Positions 56,338 to 64,000 of a DNA stretch of 64,000 bases are shown piece after piece (within the stretch, counting starts at the first letter, position 1; each line of letters begins with the position of its first letter). The translations under genes and the position numbers were made by a program. Location: NCBI GenBank assembly GCA_965217585.1, contig OZ244561.1, forward strand, positions 3,488,001 to 3,552,000. Reading direction: 5' to 3'. The notes under the pieces are model-generated. The model was not told the origin of the DNA. It made no database searches and saw only the letters and a list, made by a program, of their open reading frames with translations. The DNA is from Candidatus Latescibacterota bacterium (GTDB taxonomy: Bacteria; Latescibacterota; UBA2968; UBA8231).

Positions 56338-59300
56338 TCAGAAGTTGGATATGCTGTCTGTAAGTATTCTCTTTATATAGTCGTATTGCTCGTTGCGCTC
56401 GGCGAACAGAATATGCGCGTCGGCAAACCGCGCCTTATCCCAAGTGCCATCGTCGTATCGCTTATAAAGGTCTCGGTAAGACGTTGCGGAAACGATGTAC
56501 GAGTCCAGCGTCACGTCCTGCTGCTGACTCCTCGTGCCGATCTCCTTCGCCAATCCCGGCAGCCTTTCGTGAAGCCGCGCCTTGTCGTCGTGCTGGTATG
56601 CTTTTGCGTGGATCATTCCGTGCGGTTCCACAAAGACGATGTGCTGTTTTTTTCCCTTTTTGATCCAGAGGATGAAATCGGGATAGAAGCCGCTCGTCTC
56701 AAAGAAGCCAACGCCCGCCCCACGGCTTAGATTCCGTAGGAGGAACACTTCTACCCCGGCGAGGGATTGGTCGCATTCGGCTGTCCAATAGGCTTTCACA
56801 TCCTTGACGAACCGCTGTTCGTTCTCGTTCAACGCTGGGGGTGCGCTCTTTACTTTGTCGCCCTTCTCAATCAATAGAGGCTGATAGAGATGCCGGTCAA
56901 AGTGAAAGCGGGGCAGTTCCTCTGTTTCTTCTGCGTACAGCCGCTCGCCTTCAACGATCAGCCTTTCAATTTCGTCGATTAATGCGTGCTCGGATTGCCG
57001 GATGCTGACCACGTATTGGCCCTTGGCCTCTGGCTCACGGCTAAAACTCAAATTCGGATCGCGTTCGTCTAGGGGCTTATAGACCATATGCTGCGATTCC
57101 CAACGCTGCCGATGTACCCGATAGAAGGCGTCCACGTACTTCCGCAAAATACAGGTTGCCGCCTCTTGTAGGCGATCCACGTCTTTAATCGACTGTGGCC
57201 GAACAACCGTATCTTCCGCAATCAGACGGTACAGATCCCCATCCGCGATAATCTGCCGTGGTACATCCGGCTGCACGATCAAGTTGTCGCGGCCTTTCTG
57301 TTCCTTGTATTCGAGCAAGTCGAGATACGCCTGCTCCCAATCGATCAGGCGTAGGCTTTTGGGGGGAATAGACTGCTCGGCACCTGAATGGGCTCCAACC
57401 CCGGCGAGGCCAGTAGGATCGCTCTCTAAGGCTTGGACCTTCAAGGACATATCGACACGAACCGTCACGTTCTGGTTGGGCTCTAGGCGAATATCTTCCT
57501 CCGTGGCGAAGTCGCGCTCATCTGGCACCCTGGGGATCACCAACCCCTTTTGTAGCAAGTTCTCGTTGGGACGGATGAACAGCGGCAGTTCCCGGTATGC
57601 TTCGGTCTCCACGCCTTCCCGCTCCAAGTAATTACGGAACTGATCCATGTAGTTGGCACGCACCGCGAAGATGTTGAGCGTCTCCAGCAAGCCAATGTGA
57701 TCGGGGTGGTTGCCATCCAGCGCCACGCTCCGCTTGAGGCTAGCGCCTTTACCTCGCAAGCGTACCCCGCGTCCGAAGATCTGGATGATTTCCGACCCTT
57801 CGCTGCGTCCGATGTTCAGCAGGCCCATGTTCGAAACACGCCAGGAACTCCAGCCCTCTATAAATTTCTTCGCGCCAATGAGTACCTCGATCTTGGTATG
57901 CGTCTCATTGATGCCATCGAATAGAGAGCCAACCAGTGCGTCCTCTTCCAGCGTTAGACCGGCGTCGTCGGATTCCACTAGATTCTTGAATGCGCTGATG
58001 TCGCCAATGTAGATGAGACCGAAGTAGGATTGGGCACCGCTTGCCTTGAGACCCAATTCGCCATCGGCCCCTCGGATCGCGCACAAGTGCAATCCGCCTC
58101 CGGTCGGGGCGTGGAATACCTTTTTTAGTATGTCTTGGTACATCTCATCGGAGGGTTGCTCCATTGCCCGCAGGTACGCGAGTTTGCTCGCGAACACGTC
58201 TTGACCATCTGGCGCGATCAAACCGCTCTCGCCTTTGACGAGTCGCTCAATGGCCGACAGCACCCAACTGCCCTCGTTTTCTAGAACGCGATGTAGGAAC
58301 CGCGCTACTGTCAGCACGTCGCTACGTTTCTGCCGATCCTTGGAATACACCGCGTTCACTGTGCTACCTACAAAGACCCACAGCGGCCGTTCCAAGTGAT
58401 AAGGTCGCAACGCTTGAGCGTGCTCGGCGAACACGCATTGCTGTTCGTAGAACGACAGTAGGTTGCCAAGCAGAAGCCTCTCTGTCTCCTCCTCGATCGT
58501 CTCCTCCAAGAGGTTGAGCACGCGGAAGTCCTTGCCGTACCCGTCGCCGTGGAAGTAGCGGTACGAGTAGTCGAAGACGATGGCTTTCCCGTACTCCACT
58601 GTAAGCTCGTCCTTACGCGCCGCGGTTAGAGCTTGGCCGAACGTGGCACTGTATTCAAAGGTAAAGCCACGCTCGCCTAGCGCGTCACGGAAGCGGCGCC
58701 ACGTCTCTCCTCCCGACCCTTTGTGACCCTCATCGACGAAAATTAGATTGTTACCCTCGAATGCCTCGACGGGTACTCTCACCCCGCCGCCGCGCTTTTG
58801 CTCGATTAGCTTGGTTATTTCAATAACCTGTACCATGTCGTGTGCGCCCATCATAAGGCCGCTCTCGTCGAGGTCGAATCTCCGGCAGGGGATATCCGAG
58901 GCCGTCATCTCTTCGAGATGCTGTTCGCTCAGCCCTTCGTTGGGGGTAATCAACAGCACGTTGTCTAGGGGCTGATTATTGTAGTGCAGGAATTGGCGGT
59001 AATTGAGGTGCATGATGAGGGTTTTGCCGCTGCCGGTCGCCATCCAAAAGGCCAGTTTTTTCAGGTCGGATTCGGAAAACGGCTCACCGGCATCGTAATC
59101 AGCGACAAAATCATTAAGCGAGCGGAGTGTCTCTCCACGGCGATTGAAGTATCCATCGAGGAACACCTCCGCGTAGAGCACCGCCAAATACTGGAAGTAA
59201 CGCAAGGTAATCGGCTCAGAACGGCGGGCGTTCATGACGTGCAGATGGTTGCGGATATTGTCGTCGTACCGGGCCAAGGCGTCCGGCGAAATACCCACTG

Positions 59301-59499
59301 CGTCCCCACGGCTTATCAGCCGGTGATAGACAAAGCTGCGGCCTTCGGCATCGAATCCCTCATCAGATTCCTTCATATCCGCCAGTAGGTCGCGGTTGTG
59401 CTTGTAGCCAAACTGCCGGTTGAGCCATGCTAGCAGGACTAGGTGTTGCTCCAAGCTGGCGATTTGTACAGGCGGCACGATCCTATGCCTCTTCACCAA
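56338..59499 (-). CDS. Type III restriction enzyme Res subunit (SF2 helicase plus nuclease); start uncertain
   Basis: MATGSGKT, VDEGHKG, EYSATF, QIFGRGVRL, FYPDFILW...FVEPHG. Confidence 0.88.
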   Translation of the reverse strand: MVKRHRIVPPVQIASLEQHLVLLAWLNRQFGYKHNRDLLADMKESDEGFDAEGRSFVYHRLISRGDAVGISPDALARYDDNIRNHLHVMNARRSEPITLRYFQYLAVLYAEVFLDGYFNRRGETLRSLNDFVADYDAGEPFSESDLKKLAFWMATGSGKTLIMHLNYRQFLHYNNQPLDNVLLITPNEGLSEQHLEEMTASDIPCRRFDLDESGLMMGAHDMVQVIEITKLIEQKRGGGVRVPVEAFEGNNLIFVDEGHKGSGGETWRRFRDALGERGFTFEYSATFGQALTAARKDELTVEYGKAIVFDYSYRYFHGDGYGKDFRVLNLLEETIEEETERLLLGNLLSFYEQQCVFAEHAQALRPYHLERPLWVFVGSTVNAVYSKDRQKRSDVLTVARFLHRVLENEGSWVLSAIERLVKGESGLIAPDGQDVFASKLAYLRAMEQPSDEMYQDILKKVFHAPTGGGLHLCAIRGADGELGLKASGAQSYFGLIYIGDISAFKNLVESDDAGLTLEEDALVGSLFDGINETHTKIEVLIGAKKFIEGWSSWRVSNMGLLNIGRSEGSEIIQIFGRGVRLRGKGASLKRSVALDGNHPDHIGLLETLNIFAVRANYMDQFRNYLEREGVETEAYRELPLFIRPNENLLQKGLVIPRVPDERDFATEEDIRLEPNQNVTVRVDMSLKVQALESDPTGLAGVGAHSGAEQSIPPKSLRLIDWEQAYLDLLEYKEQKGRDNLIVQPDVPRQIIADGDLYRLIAEDTVVRPQSIKDVDRLQEAATCILRKYVDAFYRVHRQRWESQHMVYKPLDERDPNLSFSREPEAKGQYVVSIRQSEHALIDEIERLIVEGERLYAEETEELPRFHFDRHLYQPLLIEKGDKVKSAPPALNENEQRFVKDVKAYWTAECDQSLAGVEVFLLRNLSRGAGVGFFETSGFYPDFILWIKKGKKQHIVFVEPHGMIHAKAYQHDDKARLHERLPGLAKEIGTRSQQQDVTLDSYIVSATSYRDLYKRYDDGTWDKARFADAHILFAERNEQYDYIKRILTDSISNF

Positions 59500-59827
59500 C
59501 GATGGCTTTCAGTCGCTCAGTGAGCGGCGGCAAGTCGTTCTGAATAATCTGCCACAGAATATCGAGATTAATGTCATCGTAGCCGTGAACTAGTCGATTA
59601 CGCAGGCCGATAATTTGGGGCCAGGGAATCTCTTGGTGGCGCTGCTGTGTCTCCTCGGAAACGCGGTTGGCCGCTTCGCCCACAATCTCTACCAATTTCT
59701 GCAGGGCGAGTTGCATTACTCGGTCTTCTATCAAGTCATTCAGACTCGTCTCGCCGGACAGAGCGACAGCTTCCTTGGCGTGGATGAGCATGTCCACGAG
59801 ACTTACTCGGTCATCACGCCTGCTCAT
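59483..59827 (-). CDS. HEPN (DUF86/HepT-like) RNase toxin
   Basis: EIVGEAA, IPW..I.GLRNRLVHGY (R-X4-H). Confidence 0.9.
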   Translation of the reverse strand: MSRRDDRVSLVDMLIHAKEAVALSGETSLNDLIEDRVMQLALQKLVEIVGEAANRVSEETQQRHQEIPWPQIIGLRNRLVHGYDDINLDILWQIIQNDLPPLTERLKAIVGEEA

Positions 59828-60125
59828 ACTGCACCTCTGCCGAATTGAGTATCTCCTCCCGGAGTAGCCAATTGCGGCTGCTTTCGATTCCTCCGAAGGT
59901 GTACATATCCACTTGCCGGCCGAGTATCTCTGACAACTCGTCCTGCATAGTGATGAACTCCAGCCCTGGCGTTTGGCCTGGCTCGAAATCCACGATTACA
60001 TCCACATCGCTCTCAGGCGTGAAGTCGTCGCGCAGTACCGAGCCGAACAGAGCCATACGCCGGATGTGATTGCGCCGACAAAATTTAGCGATCTCGTCTT
60101 TTGGGATTTCGATTCGCGCACTCAT
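59814..60125 (-). CDS. Minimal nucleotidyltransferase (MNT) antitoxin
   Basis: LFGSVLRDDFTPESDVDVIV, L.EILGRQVD. Confidence 0.9.
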   Translation of the reverse strand: MSARIEIPKDEIAKFCRRNHIRRMALFGSVLRDDFTPESDVDVIVDFEPGQTPGLEFITMQDELSEILGRQVDMYTFGGIESSRNWLLREEILNSAEVQYEQA

Positions 60126-60170
60126 GGCGTTATTCCTGAAAACATTGTGTCATTTCTTTATTGACGTTGC

Positions 60171-60575
60171 TCATGATCTATTTTCGTAAATCAACTTTTC
60201 AGCCCAACTCACGACTGTTTCGGCGAGGCCAATAACCTGCCGATATTCTTCGTCATCGACGGGTTCACTACTCATAGGATATCGAGATTCAACAGCATAG
60301 TCTGTTAGGGCTGCACTTTCTTCTACCTCTTGAGAAACATCGATACTTTCGGGTAAGAGATCGAGCAATGTTCTGATATTGTGTGTTCTAGGGAAATCAA
60401 TTTCAAGAAATATCAAAACGGCTTTCAGTGTCTTTTCAGCAGCTTGCTGGGCATGGAAACAGAGATTCTCCAGCAAGACACCTTCCGGTTTTTCTATGCG
60501 GGCAAGCTCCAAGTCGCTCTTAGCGTAACGAAGCCAATCCTCAGCGCTACCTGGAACACGAGATTCAGTGTCCAT
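60171..60575 (-). CDS. HEPN-domain protein
   Basis: WLRYAKSDL, CFHAQQAAEK.LKA, PRTHNI..L, RYP. Confidence 0.9.
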   Translation of the reverse strand: MDTESRVPGSAEDWLRYAKSDLELARIEKPEGVLLENLCFHAQQAAEKTLKAVLIFLEIDFPRTHNIRTLLDLLPESIDVSQEVEESAALTDYAVESRYPMSSEPVDDEEYRQVIGLAETVVSWAEKLIYENRS

Positions 60576-60960
60576 AAATCTCTATACCTTCCTTTAAAGC
60601 GCTTTTATAGATCAGGCCCCTATTATCCTTGTGCTTTTCCAAATCCTGCGGGGTTGCTACTACAATATCAAAAGGCACACCTAAACCCGTAATTTCCCGA
60701 TACAGCTTCTGCGCCGTTCTCCGTCGGTGAACACCCTCGGGCATGACTACGAGCAGATCGATGTCGCTATGCTCTCCTGCGTCTCCTCTGGCGGCTGAGC
60801 CAAAGAGGATTATTTGTAGAGGATTTACACTTTTTACGATGTCGCCGACCAATTTATCTATGACCGTGCAAGCCGTTTTATCTTTGCTTCCAGCGAGGCT
60901 TCGACGGTCGGGTCCATCAGTCGCTTCTTCAATAGTGTTGTTCATGGTATGTTCCTGCAA
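60565..60960 (-). CDS. Minimal nucleotidyltransferase (MNT)
   Basis: IILFGSAARG....SDIDLLVV, PFDIVV. Confidence 0.9.
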   Translation of the reverse strand: MQEHTMNNTIEEATDGPDRRSLAGSKDKTACTVIDKLVGDIVKSVNPLQIILFGSAARGDAGEHSDIDLLVVMPEGVHRRRTAQKLYREITGLGVPFDIVVATPQDLEKHKDNRGLIYKSALKEGIEIYGH

Positions 60961-60987
60961 TCCTCAGTGTCGTCGTGTGAGTCCTTC

Positions 60988-63900
60988 TTATGCCTGTGTC
61001 TCTGCAAACATTCGTCGCTTGAAGACAGGCTCTAGTGCCTTGGCCTCGCGGATGAATGAGTCGCCGTTGACATAGACCTCGTCCGCGCCGTCGGTCAATT
61101 TCTGCTCGGCCACGAACTCCTTGTCTCGCACCAGAGCCTCCTTGTTCCAGCCTTGGGTTTCTCGCCAGATGACGGCGAGCCGCTGCTGGTCAATCTGGCC
61201 GCGATAGACCAAGTATCGCCGGTCGTCGTCGTGATGTACTCGTCGCGTCTCGACGCGCAGGCCGAGCAAATAGTTGAATGTCTCCGGGATGTCGGCGACC
61301 TGTTGCCGTGTCTGGCCGTCAGCGTGGATGTTTAGAGTATAGCGGAAGGGCTGCGATAGCTTCTCCACGTTCAGCAGGGTCGCGCTACGCTTGGTTTCCC
61401 ATTGGAGCATGTACTTGAGCAAATAGTCGTCGAACTGCAACGCTTGCTGCGCGGAAACCTCGTCGAAGTCGATGTTGTTCAGCGCGTCCTCATAGCTTTC
61501 GAGGCGCATATACTTGACAATATGCGGCCCTCGCTCAGCCTCTTGAGGTGTTGCCATGCGCTTGGGCTTGCCGTCCTTCCATTCGGGCGTGAATGCGACC
61601 TTTTTGATACGCGGTAGGAGTACGGTGTCGAAGTGGTCGCCCATCTCGACAAGGATGAACTTGCGTCGACCACCATCCTCACGATTCAGGTTGATGACTG
61701 CGTGGCCGGTGGTGCCAGAGCCGGCGAAGTAGTCGAGGATCGTCGAAGCCTCTCTACTCCAATAACGAAGACAATCTATGATCAAGTGCATTGATTTAGG
61801 ATAGCTGAATCGTTGATCTCCGACAACATCAATGAGGAGCTTAGTTCCATGAGTTGTGGCAGAGTACTTTGAGTCAGCCCATAGCGTTTTGGGTTTCTTT
61901 CCTTTGGGCATTCTAGATTTCTTGACGATCTCGAATCTTCCCGCTTTTTCAATGACCGAAATATCGCCACTCTTAATGTCACGACGTGCACCGTCTGGAT
62001 TGTTACGCCAAATTCGCCGCTCCCCTTTTGGGTCAATAGGCCAGATTTCTTCAGCATCCTCGAACGAATCGACACTCACTCGTTTAGTGTTTCGGTCAAT
62101 GTAGAGCGGATACCACTGCCCCGGTCGGTCAGACGGACGCGAATTACCTCCCCTCCGACGCAGGTTGTCCCAAAGAAAAAATCCTGTCTCGTCCTTATGG
62201 TTATACGCTTCTCTCTCTTCGGTCGTCAGGTCGCGTACCTGCATTTCCGTTTGTTCAATATCGTTTGCGTAAACATGACAGTAGTCGTGACTGAGCGCAG
62301 GTGTATTGGGGCGTATGTTTTGTCCTGCGGGGTTTACTTCAATGGCAATAGTCGCAATTCGATTATCTTCTCCAAAACATGTGTCCAGAACACTCCGAAG
62401 TTTCCATGTTTCTGTATCATCAATAGCACACTGCAACACACCTTGCTTGACCAAAAGCAACCTCGCTATGGCCATTCGATTTTGGATCATTGCCAGCCAT
62501 GATGAGTGCTTGTATGCGTTCTTGTAAACAAACGTGTTTTCGCTCGTATTGTAGGGCGGGTCAATGTAGATGGTGTTCACCTGCTCCCGATAGCGTTCCT
62601 GCAATAGATTCAACGCCTGCCAATTCTCGCTGTGTATCAACACCCCATCCGTCATTTCCTCCAAATCGTCAAAGCCGCCCAACAGCCGATCCATAAAACC
62701 TTGACTGAAATGTTTGGAATCAAGGACAAGTGTGGAGTGCGCCTTCAAGAACGCGACACGCTTGCCCGTCTTGTCCTTGCCCGAGTTGAACAAGTCGATT
62801 TGATCTTCGTCAATGCTGAATAGCGCCTTCCACTCGTCCCACTGCGCCTCGCACCCGGCGATGTCGGCATAAAAGCTCTTGGCAATATTGCCCACAGTTA
62901 TGCAGTATTGCATCTCAGTGACGAACTTCCGTTTCTCCCACAACATTTTCTGGAAGTTCTCAATTTGGTCCAAAAAGTCGATAATCTGGCTACCGACAGC
63001 TTTGATAACCCGCATCATCTGAAACCAGCCCTCAGCGCGATCCTCGCCGGCCGTTTCCATCTGGTCGAGATTCAGCACCTCGTTCTTCAGGTAAAAATCC
63101 AACTCGCGGGAGAGAAAGCCCTTCAGATCCTTGTGAATGAAGAAGTCCGACGTGTTACGCCGAGTATATTGACGTAAGTGGTGTTCGAGAAAGGAGACGG
63201 CCTGACCATCGTCGTTTCGGGGTTTTTCACCTGTTAGGGCCGCCAGCGCATCAGGTGCCTTATCTAACTGCTTGGGAATCTCCTCCACAGCTCTAGTGAT
63301 GATGGTCTCCTGCTGATTCTTCTTGCCGTAGGTAATTCCCTCCTGTTCAGTCAGGGGCCGATACTCAAGCGGAATGTCGAGTCGCCTAGCCTCCTCGTCC
63401 CAAGTAGATGCCTCGGTGCACGGCAGAAAAAACCGCTTGTCGTCCTTGACGTTGTCCTGCTCGACGTCGGCGGCCTGAAGCTTGAAATGTACGGTGATGT
63501 CGCGCACTGCAAACGAATAATCACGGAAATGCTCGCCGGTCTTGATGTAGTATTGGTCGCTATTGGCCCAATGGAGATGCACTTCTTCGCCGTTGTACGG
63601 AATGGCGTAGCGTTGACGTTTGGAGTACCGACGCTTGGAGATGAAATCGCCGTCTTGGTAGTAGCGGCTAAAGAAGGCATACAAGTGGTTGAAGATCGCC
63701 GCTTCGAGAGCGTCGCGGCCTTGACCGCCTGCGGATTTCGCCTTCAACTCTAGGTATTCCTTACCAAGCGGCGTGCTGTGATACCTCTCTGCCAGATTCC
63801 CATCAGCATCGATGGCGTCGTCCCCAAGGTTTCCCCCAATTCGCTGACGAACTTCCTGTAATTCTTCCTCCGCCTGTGCTTGCTCGGCCAACGCGCCGCT

Positions 63901-64000
63901 GTCCAGTTGCTCGGCTACCGCTTTCGGCAAATCATCGGTTATGAATCGCTCAATGACCTCCCGCTTGCGGTTCATAATACTGTATATGCCAAAGTCCAAA
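60988..64000 (-). CDS. Type III R-M Mod subunit (amino-methyltransferase); 5' end beyond the window
   Basis: IYIDPPYNT, YPKS, LDYFAGSGTTGHAV; N-terminus homologous to the fragment at 44810-45917. Confidence 0.9.
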   Translation of the reverse strand, partial: LDFGIYSIMNRKREVIERFITDDLPKAVAEQLDSGALAEQAQAEEELQEVRQRIGGNLGDDAIDADGNLAERYHSTPLGKEYLELKAKSAGGQGRDALEAAIFNHLYAFFSRYYQDGDFISKRRYSKRQRYAIPYNGEEVHLHWANSDQYYIKTGEHFRDYSFAVRDITVHFKLQAADVEQDNVKDDKRFFLPCTEASTWDEEARRLDIPLEYRPLTEQEGITYGKKNQQETIITRAVEEIPKQLDKAPDALAALTGEKPRNDDGQAVSFLEHHLRQYTRRNTSDFFIHKDLKGFLSRELDFYLKNEVLNLDQMETAGEDRAEGWFQMMRVIKAVGSQIIDFLDQIENFQKMLWEKRKFVTEMQYCITVGNIAKSFYADIAGCEAQWDEWKALFSIDEDQIDLFNSGKDKTGKRVAFLKAHSTLVLDSKHFSQGFMDRLLGGFDDLEEMTDGVLIHSENWQALNLLQERYREQVNTIYIDPPYNTSENTFVYKNAYKHSSWLAMIQNRMAIARLLLVKQGVLQCAIDDTETWKLRSVLDTCFGEDNRIATIAIEVNPAGQNIRPNTPALSHDYCHVYANDIEQTEMQVRDLTTEEREAYNHKDETGFFLWDNLRRRGGNSRPSDRPGQWYPLYIDRNTKRVSVDSFEDAEEIWPIDPKGERRIWRNNPDGARRDIKSGDISVIEKAGRFEIVKKSRMPKGKKPKTLWADSKYSATTHGTKLLIDVVGDQRFSYPKSMHLIIDCLRYWSREASTILDYFAGSGTTGHAVINLNREDGGRRKFILVEMGDHFDTVLLPRIKKVAFTPEWKDGKPKRMATPQEAERGPHIVKYMRLESYEDALNNIDFDEVSAQQALQFDDYLLKYMLQWETKRSATLLNVEKLSQPFRYTLNIHADGQTRQQVADIPETFNYLLGLRVETRRVHHDDDRRYLVYRGQIDQQRLAVIWRETQGWNKEALVRDKEFVAEQKLTDGADEVYVNGDSFIREAKALEPVFKRRMFAETQA

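Noticed and set aside
60988-64000. Phase-variable mod (phasevarion)
   Set aside because: No simple-sequence repeat tract in the visible part; the 5' end is outside the window.

Overview
High-GC bacterial chromosomal segment. The C-terminal 'VESQSWGRIK' motif, a sigma-TPR fusion, a GPP34-like gene, collagen and coiled-coil repeat proteins and many toxin-antitoxin (TA) and restriction genes suggest a Latescibacterota/Poribacteria-like, possibly sponge-associated lineage (inference only). The core regions (1-33.6 kb, 46-56 kb) hold ltaE, ggt, a PotABC-like transporter, amt, two heme-c/copper monooxygenase-like genes, an ECF sigma/anti-sigma/Spy operon, hemA-ccsA, moeA, a sulfatase maturase (anSME), ssb and serC. 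Accessory DNA: (i) a tnpB-only IS200/IS605 element (12202-13501) whose target TCAT is the reverse complement of a host start codon and whose left end supplies a new ribosome-binding site; (ii) a decaying defence island (~33.7-46 kb) with TA genes, three ~1.05-kb-spaced copies of an AAA-ATPase 3' end separating single cargo genes, two copies of a WYL/PafBC-type promoter, IS630, IS5, and remnants of type IV and type III restriction genes; (iii) a type III R-M locus at the right edge with two MNT-HEPN pairs between mod and res. An unannotated operon (two micropeptides, HTH, ssb) with an operator-like palindrome lies at 50.6-51.7 kb. No CRISPR array, tRNA, rRNA or reverse transcriptase was seen. 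All calls come from manual motif recognition; no searches were run.
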